The notes beneath the pieces were generated by a model. The model was not told the DNA's origin. It worked only from the letters and a program-made list of their open reading frames with translations, and did not search any database. Positions 1-8,087 of a DNA stretch of 51,076 nt are shown piece by piece. The stretch's first letter is position 1. Each line of letters opens with the position of its first letter. The position numbers and the translations under genes are program-made. The stretch is from Chthoniobacterales bacterium (GTDB lineage Bacteria; Verrucomicrobiota; Verrucomicrobiia; Chthoniobacterales; Chthoniobacteraceae): positions 1-51,076 of the forward strand of contig JBBQZX010000034.1 of the NCBI GenBank assembly GCA_038207335.1, written 5' to 3'.

Positions 1-158
1 CAGTGGGCGGCTTGTTTTTGGCTCCTGATTGTGGTCTGCAAGGCACTTCTCCTCCGCTTGGGCGCCCTTCGGTCCACCCACCGCCCAAATCTCTCCACAA
101 CTGCCGACGTTCTCGCCTTTAACCGGGTATCTGGATTCGGCTGTTCTTCAACAGCCTG
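1..158. mobile_element. Probable terminal region of an IS5/IS1182-like insertion sequence (continues off the window)
   Basis: Ends in TTCTTCAACAGCCTG followed by TTAG (159-162). This resembles the TT(T/C)TTCAACAGCC-type terminal inverted repeats with YTAR-type targets found in these IS groups. No transposase ORF is visible inside the window. Confidence 0.45.
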
Positions 159-677
159 TTAGGCGATTCTACCCGTCTCGTGTGAAGGAGCGCGAATTCC
201 CATATGTGCCCAAATCAACCAAAGGCCTTCGACTTGGTGACTTTTGGGCTATCCCACTCGATGGCGCCGAGTTTGCATGTGGGCGTGTCGTTGCCTTCGA
301 CTACCACAACGGCAAGCAAGACCTCCGTGGATTTCTCGCCGGTCTGCTCAATTGGGTATCCGATTCCCCACCGACATTCGACAGCATTGCCGGCGCTCAG
401 CCCGTCATTGAGGGCGGTGCTCACATTCGAACGATTCTCGCCACCGGCGGCACCATTCTCGGCAATCGCCCTTTGGAGTTGGACAGCATCTCACCAGCAT
501 TGGCTCTTTGCAGCGCGGGCGGGCCACACTGCCGCGTCATGCGTGGTTTCGAGTTCGTCCGGCCCGCAACGAAGCAAGACATCGAGAGTCTTCCCGTCTT
601 TTCCACATTCGGATTCATGGTCATGCGCAACTATGCCAACTCGAAACTGCGCCGAATCGCCCAACCATGCGCTGCAG
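158..677 (+). mobile_element. Integron-type gene cassette relic (core site GTTAGGC ... inverse core GCCCAAC, truncated attC)
   Basis: GTTAGGCGATTC (158-169) is an 11/12 reverse complement of GAATCGCCCAAC (654-665). It is followed by CATGCGCTGCAG, an attC-like left arm. One ORF fills the space between the two sites. Confidence 0.65.
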
Positions 678-742
678 GCATGTGGGTGGACATGAAGACG
701 GTCAGGGCGCTGGGGTGGTCTTCGGGAGGGCTGTCTCGGTGA
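182..742 (+). CDS. Imm26-like (immunity protein 26) domain protein
   Basis: Motif PKSTKGLRLGDFWAIPLDGAEFACGRV resembles the Imm26 N-terminus (GD.F.IPL..G.F..G.V). GTG start at 182 lies just inside the cassette. The C-terminal tail after about 661 is probably read-through. Confidence 0.6.
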   Translation: MKEREFPYVPKSTKGLRLGDFWAIPLDGAEFACGRVVAFDYHNGKQDLRGFLAGLLNWVSDSPPTFDSIAGAQPVIEGGAHIRTILATGGTILGNRPLELDSISPALALCSAGGPHCRVMRGFEFVRPATKQDIESLPVFSTFGFMVMRNYANSKLRRIAQPCAAGMWVDMKTVRALGWSSGGLSR

Positions 743-1628
743 GCACCCGGGAGGCGTATTCGGCGAGCATGCGGTGGCCTTGGGGCGTGGGATGCAGGCC
801 GTCCGCCGAAAACAAGTGGTGGGTGTCATTCGCGCCTGTCGTGACGTCGGTGAAGCCAAACTTCCCGGGATCGGCGACGACGTCGTTGAAGCGCTGGAAG
901 AGGTCGAGTTTGACGATCTTCAATGTGGGATGCGCCTTCTGGAGCCGGAGGATGGCGGCGTCCATCTCGGTGTTGTGCGCGCGCACGGCCTTTGTGACGG
1001 CGGCGAGATAGACGGGGGCCAGCGAGGGCAGGACGGTCGCGCGTTTCTGGACGGATGGTGCCTGGGCGACATCGAAGACATTGCCCCACAGCACGGTTTT
1101 GACGCCGGCCCTGGCCAGCGCGTCGATCTGCCCCTCGGTGCTCTTCGCCACGGCCTCGCCGGCTTTGTCCAAAGTCGCCCACTCGGTGAGGATCTGGTCC
1201 ACGCCGATGGAGGCGAGCATGATGTCATTGGTGCCGATGACGACGATGTGCAGCGCATCCGGCAGCACGCCGCCGGTGTTGAAAGCGGGGTTCAGATAGC
1301 GCTGCGAGACCTGCACGGTGAGGTCCTGGCCGCGGTTGCGCTCGAAGCTCGTGCCCGCCGTGGCTGCGGTGCCCGCGCCGCCGACGGCGTAATTGCTGCC
1401 ATGGAGCCAGGTGGTGATGCCGGAGACTTTGAAGCCCGGAACGTTCAGCATCTGCGGCCCGGCCAGCACCTTCACCCACGTCGCCCGGGTCTTGGACATC
1501 ATGTCCTCGGACTTGATCCAGCGGTTGCCCATGTCGCTGAGGCTGTCGCCAAAGGTGACGAGGCCCGTAAAGTCCGCCGCATGGCAGAGCGACGCGAAGG
1601 CGAGGAGGAGGAACGCGGAGAGCTTCAT
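702..1628 (-). CDS. Secreted SGNH/GDSL hydrolase (esterase/lipase)
   Basis: Signal peptide MKLSAFLLLAFASLCHA; blocks FGDSLSDMGN, NYAVGGA, IGTND and DGLHP. Confidence 0.9.
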   Translation of the reverse strand: MKLSAFLLLAFASLCHAADFTGLVTFGDSLSDMGNRWIKSEDMMSKTRATWVKVLAGPQMLNVPGFKVSGITTWLHGSNYAVGGAGTAATAGTSFERNRGQDLTVQVSQRYLNPAFNTGGVLPDALHIVVIGTNDIMLASIGVDQILTEWATLDKAGEAVAKSTEGQIDALARAGVKTVLWGNVFDVAQAPSVQKRATVLPSLAPVYLAAVTKAVRAHNTEMDAAILRLQKAHPTLKIVKLDLFQRFNDVVADPGKFGFTDVTTGANDTHHLFSADGLHPTPQGHRMLAEYASRVLTETALPKTTPAP

Positions 1629-1696
1629 CGGGAAGATCGAACCGCAGGACATCCCCCGTGACAAGACCGCGATCCGGTGTCTGATGCGCAGCGGCT

Positions 1697-4600
1697 TTAG
1701 GGAGCGATCAGGAGCTCGCCCCAGTTCTTGGGCTCGGGCATTAGCTCGAAGACGGCGTCGTCCACGATGCCGGTGTGCTGGTTGTTCCAGTAAGAGCGGA
1801 GGCGCGTGCGCTGGCCGGCGGGGTCGCCGTAAGTCAAGCCGAAGTCGGCGTGCAGCGTCTGCCCGGCGGTGGGCATGAAGTCGAGGCTGGCGAGCGGGAT
1901 GGCGGCTTCCACGAGGTAGCCGTTACCGCGCTTGGTGAGCTTGATCTGCGCGTCGGCGAGGACTTTGACGTCGCCGACGATGTATTCCTTGATCACGCCC
2001 GAGCTGAAGGTCTTCGGGCTGCCGCCTTTGCCAGCGACGGGACGGTAGAGGACCGCGGTCGGGGTTCCTTTGAAGTTGCCGATGCTCAGCCGGAGGTCGC
2101 CCGCGACCGCTTTCTCGCGCTTGACGTCGGCTTTCGGGTCGGTGCCGAGTTGGAAGTCCACGGTGTCGCCGCTGAGGTAGAGGTTTTCTGCCTGCTGCGC
2201 GCCATTGACCCACGGCGTTGCGTCGCGCACATCCCAGGCGAGGTAGAGGTTTTGGCTATCCCAAGCGGCGGCGCTGCGGACGGTGGTCTCTTCGGATTTC
2301 TGGAAACGAAGGAGCTCCACGCCGGGGAAGTCCTGGTCGAGGTTGCCGGTGAGCTTCGGGGTCAGCTTCTTGAGGGTGACTCGCCGGATGCCCACGGTGG
2401 CCTGGAGTTGCTGGTCGTGGAATTTCTGCGCCTCAGCGACTTCGGCGGTGGAGATGGAGACGCTGGAGCCGGCGAGGGCTTTGACGGTTTCGAGGCCGGT
2501 GACTTCGAGGTTCCAGTAGGCGGTCTTGCCGGCTTCGACGTAGAGCTTGCCGTCGTTGCCGAGGGTGACGCTGCCACCGAAATCTTCGCCGCCCATGCCA
2601 GGCGGGCAATGCGACATGTCCGCGCCGGGGATGGCGGCGTCGGGCCATTTGATTTTCATCGGATCGCCCTCGAAGAGCCGGGTGAGGTAAAAGCCGTCCT
2701 CGGTGACGATGTGCCATTCGCCGACGTTGGTCGGGATCACCCAGACGTTGCCGATGGGCTTCGGCAATTTCACACTGCCGGTGGGGCTGTAGGAGCCGCG
2801 AATCATCCCGACTTGCGGCGGGCAGGCATTGTGGGAGCCGTGGACGCCGACGAAATTGTCGGGATAGCTCCAGCGCTTCTGGCCGGTGGCGATGTCGAAG
2901 CAGTTGAGGACGGCGTGAGTTTCGCCGTATCTGCCGGGCTCGAGAACGAGCGAGGTATCAGCGGAGGCGACGCCGGCGGCGGGCATTTTCGTGGAGACGG
3001 TGAGGTCGTATTTCGGTGCGCCGCACGCGGTGAAGCCGGTCGGTTTGAAAAGTCGGTCGCCGGAAGTGAAGGCGAGATCCGGGCCGAGATTCATGTACCA
3101 GCCGCTGAAGCGCACGGTGCCATCGACGGTCTGCACTTCCTCCGGCTGCTCCTGCTCGTCGCCGTTCGCGTCCGTCCAAAGCGTGGTCTTGGCCGTCTTG
3201 TCCTTGCCTTCAGGGCGGAAGGTGGCGCGCAGCTTGTAGTCTCCCTCGCCGAGGCGCTCGAAGATTTTCACGGGGCCGGCTGCGAAGGCCCAGTTGGTGG
3301 CGACGGCCAGATACAAGTGGCCGTTGGAGCCGGTGGAGAAGCGCGCGTTTTCGCTGCCGGTGCGAGTGACGACCGCGGTCGGATGCGCCTTGCCCGTCTG
3401 AGGGTCAAGCCGCCATTCGCAGCCCTGGCCGAACATCACGTTCGGGTCCGCCGGAGAGATCGCGCCGCCGAGCGCGCCGTAGCCGGTCGAGCCGAAAAAC
3501 TCGTGGTCGAGCTTGCCGGTCTTGGTGTCCCAGACGCTGACGCGCTTCGGCGCGCCGTCCTCTTCCATGACCCAGAGCTTGCCCGCCGCATCCACGGCCA
3601 TCGCTTTGACGAAACGCGTTCCATCCGACTGCCAGGGTCCGAGCAACGCGCGGCCGCCCTTGCGACCGATGGTCATGATGGTGTCCTTTCCTTTGCGGAC
3701 GAGCACCTGATTGTCGGGCTCGCCGTTGGCAAAATAGGTCAAGCCATCAGGGCCGGTCGCCTCGGCAAATTCCTTTTGGCCTTTCGAGCCGGGCGTGACT
3801 TTGGTCTGCACGAGCTTGCCGTTCAATGGATTCACCTCGGCGAGTAATTCATCCTGGTAGAAGGCGAGCCACAGCTTGCCGTCCTGGAAGAATACGCGGT
3901 CCGCCTTTTGCGGCTTCACCGCGGCGTCCGCGGCCCAGAGCGATTTCGTCTTCAAATCGGCGATGTCGCTGCGTTCCCACGGAACGTAGCTGCCGTCCTT
4001 GGCGTTGAGTTTGTAAAGGTTCGCGCCCTCGGCATCCGGGCCGACGTTGCCGCCGAGGACGAAGAGCACGCCCGCGTGGACGGCGAGCGATTTCACGCCA
4101 GAGATGCCGCCGCGATTGTTGCCCCACTGCGGCTTGCCATCGAGGTCGCAGGCCAGTACCGATTTGCCGGCTTCGGCTGCGCTCCAACCGAGAAAAACTT
4201 GCGGGCCTTCCGTGGCGACCGCCACGGGCAAGCCGTGGTCGCCGCCCCAGTTGCCCGCGCCATCCGCGCTGTCCCACGGTGCGACGCCGCCATTCGCGGC
4301 CCAGCCGCGGAGTTTCAGTCCGATGCCGGTATTGGTGAGCGCGCTCCACTCGTATTTGCCGGCCGGGACCGGTTCGCCGGGACGCGTCCACGAGGGCGTG
4401 GTCAGGCCGTCCCATTTCACGGTGTGCTTACCCTGGCTGAAGAAGGCGGAGTTGAGCAACTGACGGACGACCTGGCCCTCGGCGTTTTTGAGGTTCAGCG
4501 AGATGAAGCCGTCCGCGGGCATCGTGAACTCGATCGGTTTGAAGCCTGCGAGTTCCTCAGACTTGATCAGCCCGGTCCAGTCGATGACCGGCACGCCTTT

Positions 4601-5401
4601 CTCCATTTTGACCGGGAACTCCCGCGCATCCGCGAGCCGGACCGATTGCGGAAAGCTCGTGCTCTTCGCCTCGAGCGTCGCGGTGCCCCAAGTCTGCGAC
4701 GCCATGAACGTGAAGACGCGGTCGGGCGTGATGCCGGATTTGAAGAGCTCTTTCACGGTCGCGCGCCCCTTCGTGCCAATCGTGAAATTCGGCTCGAAGG
4801 TCAGCGTGAACGAGCCGCCCGCCTTGATCGGCTGGCCGTCGCGCGTCAGCAATTTCCACGGAATCGCGATTTCCTGCACGTAGCCTTTCCCGTCTGCATT
4901 CACGGCAAACGCCTGCTGCGCGCCGGCGGTCTTCTTGGCGTCCTCAATGACGCCCTCTTTGAAGTCCTTGCCCTGCTCGATCTTGATCACGTCGGCGCCG
5001 TCGCGTCCCCTCCAAGCGTTGAAATGCTGTCCGCGCTCCTGCGGCGTGCCGGGCGCAGTGAGGGTGCGAAACTGGAGACAGTCGCCCGCGAAGCCGTAGT
5101 CCGCGATCGTCTGGCCCGGATTGTTCAGCGGCGTTTCATCGGTCCAGCGGGCGAGCACGTAAAGGTTCTCCGCGTCATACTGCGCATGCAACCAGATCGC
5201 GTAGTGTTCGCGCTGCACTTCGGTGTCGTCGCAGGCGAAAATGCCGGCGGACAAATCCCAGTCGTCCACCTTGCCATCGATGACCATTTTCGCCGGAGCG
5301 GGGAGGACGCGGAAGCTGACGTTTTCCGTCGGCGTGGCGAGAGCGGCAAAAGGAGCGAGCGTCGCCACGGCAAAAGCGGCGCAGAGGATCGATGATTTCA
5401 T
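1697..5401 (-). CDS. Large secreted multidomain protein (CBM9-like/DOMON-like sugar-binding domains at both ends, FlgD-Ig-like domain, beta-propeller core)
   Basis: Signal peptide; IDGKVDDW...AQYDAENLYV...EIAIPW at the N-terminus; LTGNLDQDF...AAWDSQNLYLAWDVRD...EAAIPL at the C-terminus; GQVVRQL...GKHTVKWDGL...PVPAGKY (FlgD-Ig-like); NHL-like repeats such as MAVDAAGKLWVME. Confidence 0.75.
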   Translation of the reverse strand: MKSSILCAAFAVATLAPFAALATPTENVSFRVLPAPAKMVIDGKVDDWDLSAGIFACDDTEVQREHYAIWLHAQYDAENLYVLARWTDETPLNNPGQTIADYGFAGDCLQFRTLTAPGTPQERGQHFNAWRGRDGADVIKIEQGKDFKEGVIEDAKKTAGAQQAFAVNADGKGYVQEIAIPWKLLTRDGQPIKAGGSFTLTFEPNFTIGTKGRATVKELFKSGITPDRVFTFMASQTWGTATLEAKSTSFPQSVRLADAREFPVKMEKGVPVIDWTGLIKSEELAGFKPIEFTMPADGFISLNLKNAEGQVVRQLLNSAFFSQGKHTVKWDGLTTPSWTRPGEPVPAGKYEWSALTNTGIGLKLRGWAANGGVAPWDSADGAGNWGGDHGLPVAVATEGPQVFLGWSAAEAGKSVLACDLDGKPQWGNNRGGISGVKSLAVHAGVLFVLGGNVGPDAEGANLYKLNAKDGSYVPWERSDIADLKTKSLWAADAAVKPQKADRVFFQDGKLWLAFYQDELLAEVNPLNGKLVQTKVTPGSKGQKEFAEATGPDGLTYFANGEPDNQVLVRKGKDTIMTIGRKGGRALLGPWQSDGTRFVKAMAVDAAGKLWVMEEDGAPKRVSVWDTKTGKLDHEFFGSTGYGALGGAISPADPNVMFGQGCEWRLDPQTGKAHPTAVVTRTGSENARFSTGSNGHLYLAVATNWAFAAGPVKIFERLGEGDYKLRATFRPEGKDKTAKTTLWTDANGDEQEQPEEVQTVDGTVRFSGWYMNLGPDLAFTSGDRLFKPTGFTACGAPKYDLTVSTKMPAAGVASADTSLVLEPGRYGETHAVLNCFDIATGQKRWSYPDNFVGVHGSHNACPPQVGMIRGSYSPTGSVKLPKPIGNVWVIPTNVGEWHIVTEDGFYLTRLFEGDPMKIKWPDAAIPGADMSHCPPGMGGEDFGGSVTLGNDGKLYVEAGKTAYWNLEVTGLETVKALAGSSVSISTAEVAEAQKFHDQQLQATVGIRRVTLKKLTPKLTGNLDQDFPGVELLRFQKSEETTVRSAAAWDSQNLYLAWDVRDATPWVNGAQQAENLYLSGDTVDFQLGTDPKADVKREKAVAGDLRLSIGNFKGTPTAVLYRPVAGKGGSPKTFSSGVIKEYIVGDVKVLADAQIKLTKRGNGYLVEAAIPLASLDFMPTAGQTLHADFGLTYGDPAGQRTRLRSYWNNQHTGIVDDAVFELMPEPKNWGELLIAP

Positions 5402-5458
5402 GTGGGTAAAGTGGTGCTGGGGAAAGCGGGTTGGAGATACCGCAGTGCGGCAAAGTTC

Positions 5459-6670
5459 TTAGTAGTCGGCCACGGACCCGTCCGGGTTCTTCGCGCCAGG
5501 CCACTTGAAGGGCACCGGCGGAACTTTCGCGAGCGCGGCTTCATCGACCTCGACACCGAGGCCCGGACCCTGCGGCAGCGAGGAGTCGCCGTTCTTGTCC
5601 ACCTCCCAGCTCTTGTGCAAAACGCCGGCGCAATCATTCGGATAGCACTCGTGAATGAGGAAAAGCGGGATCGAAGCAACCGCGTGAAAGCTCGCTGCGA
5701 CACCGAGAAACGAAGCGATCGAATGCGGCGCGAGCGGCACCGTGTAAGTCTCCGCAAGGACCGCGACTTTCTTCATCTGCGTGATGCCGCCGCCATGCGC
5801 GCAGTCGTGCTGAATGATGTCGATGCACCGCTCCTGCAAATAGGGAATCACGTCCCAGATCGTGCGGTCGCGTTCGCCGGTCGCGAGCGGCACGCGGACG
5901 GCCTGCTTGATCCGCTTGAAGACTTCGATGTTGCCCGGCACCGCGGGCTCCTCGATCCAGAGCACGCTGTAAGGTTCGATCGCATTGGCGAGCTGAATGA
6001 GGATCGGCGGCGGCATGCACGAGTGCGCATCGAACATCACCGCGCCGTCTGCGCCGACGCGCTCACGGGCTTCCTTGATGGCTCGGACGCACCACTCGAT
6101 ATCGGGCGGATTTCCCGATGCAGGCTTCGGACCGCCCGCGCCGATCTTGAAGGCTTTCGGCGAAGGATACGTGCGGATCTTGTCGCGCGTCGGCCCACCG
6201 AGCAGCCGGTAAACGGGCACGCCGTGCAGCTTCCCGGTGATGTCCCACAGCGCCATGTCGATCCCCGCGATCGTGTGCAGCATGAACGCGCCGCCGCGGA
6301 AGTCCCGATGCGCGCGGTAGATTTTCTGCCAGAGATGCTCGATGCGCGTCGGATTTTCGCCGTCGAGGAGCTCGAACATTGACTGCACCAGCGGCACCAC
6401 CACCGCCGGAGGTAGCTGGGAGATTTCGCCCCAGCCGAAGACGTTTTGATTCGTCTCAATCTTCAGCAGCGTTTTGTTGGCAACGGGATAGGTCTTGAAG
6501 CCGGTGATCTTGATGCTGGCCGCGCGATCCTCCACCTGCACCGCCGGATTATCCGCGCCGATGGCGTCGTGCAGCAACGCCCAGCCCGCCGCGGCGACTC
6601 CGGAGGCGGCGAGCATGCTGCGCCGCGTAATCCCACGCGGCTCGCCTCGACTGGATGCGTCTGGAGTCAC
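5459..6670 (-). CDS. Mandelate racemase/muconate lactonizing enzyme family sugar-acid dehydratase (DgoD-like), Tat signal
   Basis: AGIDMALWDITGKLHGVPVYRLLGG, KAFK, MFDAH, WIEEP, ATGER, APHS; N-terminal TRRSMLA twin-arginine signal. Confidence 0.88.
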   Translation of the reverse strand: MTPDASSRGEPRGITRRSMLAASGVAAAGWALLHDAIGADNPAVQVEDRAASIKITGFKTYPVANKTLLKIETNQNVFGWGEISQLPPAVVVPLVQSMFELLDGENPTRIEHLWQKIYRAHRDFRGGAFMLHTIAGIDMALWDITGKLHGVPVYRLLGGPTRDKIRTYPSPKAFKIGAGGPKPASGNPPDIEWCVRAIKEARERVGADGAVMFDAHSCMPPPILIQLANAIEPYSVLWIEEPAVPGNIEVFKRIKQAVRVPLATGERDRTIWDVIPYLQERCIDIIQHDCAHGGGITQMKKVAVLAETYTVPLAPHSIASFLGVAASFHAVASIPLFLIHECYPNDCAGVLHKSWEVDKNGDSSLPQGPGLGVEVDEAALAKVPPVPFKWPGAKNPDGSVADY

Positions 6671-7935
6671 TTGCTGATGGCCAATTGCACGCGGGCTTCA
6701 CCGCCGGCCACGCAGATGCTTTCGAGGCGCAGTTCCTGTTCGCCTTCACCCGAAAAGATCGGCTGAATTTCCAAGGTGTGCTCGGTCGTCGCGTCGAGTC
6801 CTTCGGCGATGATCTGCGCGTGGTGGCAATTTCCTTTGACCATGTTGGCCAGCAAAGCGCCGTCGAATTCCGTGAGGGTCTGCTTGCCGTCGTTGGATTT
6901 GTATTCCACCACTTTGCCGTCGATGAGCGCGCGATATTTAACCGATTTGGTCGTCGATTCGCCAAAGAGCATCACCATGTTCCCGCTGAATTTCACGATG
7001 ATCGGAGCGACCGAGGCCGGCTCACCTTTTTTGGGAGTGGCGATGACTTCATCGTCGAGCCAGCGCGACATCAGCATGTCGAAGTAAGCCGACACGGGAT
7101 TCGGCACGCCGACGTGCCAGCCTTCCGGCAGCGCGCCGAGGCTGGAAATGCGGACGCGCGCATTTTTCATGTAGATATCCGCATACAACATCTTCGGTGG
7201 GGCGGCGCAGACCAGTTTGGCTTTGACCGCGTCCTGAAACGCCTGCCACGCGGCGTCGGCGAAGATCACGTAGCCCGCATCGCCCGGGTGCACGCCATCG
7301 AAAGGCCAAAGCTTTGGTAACGTGGCGTCGCCGCTTTTCACGAGCTGCTGCGCGAGCATAACGGCGTCACCGATCGCCGTATGGTAGGCGTCGCTAATGG
7401 CGTGATGCGCGGCCTCCCGGACGAACTTGTCGGTGTTTCCGACCTGCACGTCCCACTGGAAGGGAAACACCACTTGCACGACCGGCGCGTGCGCGTCCTG
7501 AATGATCCGCCGCACGAGCGACTCATAGGACGCGAGCCGTTCCACATTCGGATCGCCGATGCCGTCGTTCGCGGTGAAATCGAGAAACACGAGATCGGGC
7601 TTTCGCCGCAAGACATCGCGCTCGAAGCGGAAAACCCCGAGCTGCGAACTCGTCCCGCCAATCGCCGCGTCCCAGAATTTGAAATGCGCTTTCGGATACG
7701 CCGCCTCCAGTCGCTGCGCCATCAATCCGCGATACGACGTGAGCATCGGATCACTGGCATTCGCCCCCCAAGTGAGAGACGCGCCGAAAAAGACGACGTT
7801 GAGCCGCTCACCCGCCTGAGCGCGGGTGTGAAAATCTCCGAAGCTGGGAGTCGCCGTGCTCGCCTCGTCTGCGGAGAGCGTTGCCAGAGCGAGCACGGCG
7901 CTCAGGAGAAGGGAAAAGATGAACCGGGTGATCAC
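6667..7935 (-). CDS. Secreted SGNH/GDSL hydrolase with C-terminal beta-sandwich extension
   Basis: VVFFGASLTWG, AAIGGT.S, FLDFTAND, DGVHP; signal peptide; 4-nt overlap with the dehydratase start. Confidence 0.85.
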   Translation of the reverse strand: MITRFIFSLLLSAVLALATLSADEASTATPSFGDFHTRAQAGERLNVVFFGASLTWGANASDPMLTSYRGLMAQRLEAAYPKAHFKFWDAAIGGTSSQLGVFRFERDVLRRKPDLVFLDFTANDGIGDPNVERLASYESLVRRIIQDAHAPVVQVVFPFQWDVQVGNTDKFVREAAHHAISDAYHTAIGDAVMLAQQLVKSGDATLPKLWPFDGVHPGDAGYVIFADAAWQAFQDAVKAKLVCAAPPKMLYADIYMKNARVRISSLGALPEGWHVGVPNPVSAYFDMLMSRWLDDEVIATPKKGEPASVAPIIVKFSGNMVMLFGESTTKSVKYRALIDGKVVEYKSNDGKQTLTEFDGALLANMVKGNCHHAQIIAEGLDATTEHTLEIQPIFSGEGEQELRLESICVAGGEARVQLAISK

Positions 7936-8087
7936 GTGCAGGGTAAGAACCAGTCATCGTCATTAATATTGGCCATTTGAAGGACGCACGGACTTTCCGC
8001 TTCGTGTGAAGATCGTCGTCGGCTCGCTTCCCGCCAGACTTGCGCTCATCGGGCGGGGACACGGTTTCCCGATCCTGACCCACTCAG

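Noticed and set aside
29..181. N-terminal 51 codons of the 29..742 ORF
   Set aside because: They cross the IS-like end and the cassette boundary; GTG 182 is the more plausible start.
1775..5395. Long plus-strand ORFs (690 aa and 495 aa) antisense to the 1234-aa gene
   Set aside because: Shadow ORFs caused by high-GC codon bias; no recognisable motifs, while the minus-strand protein has a signal peptide and domain structure.
7936..8087. Intergenic stretch that might be a gene remnant or regulatory RNA
   Set aside because: No convincing hairpin, repeat or homology recognisable by eye.
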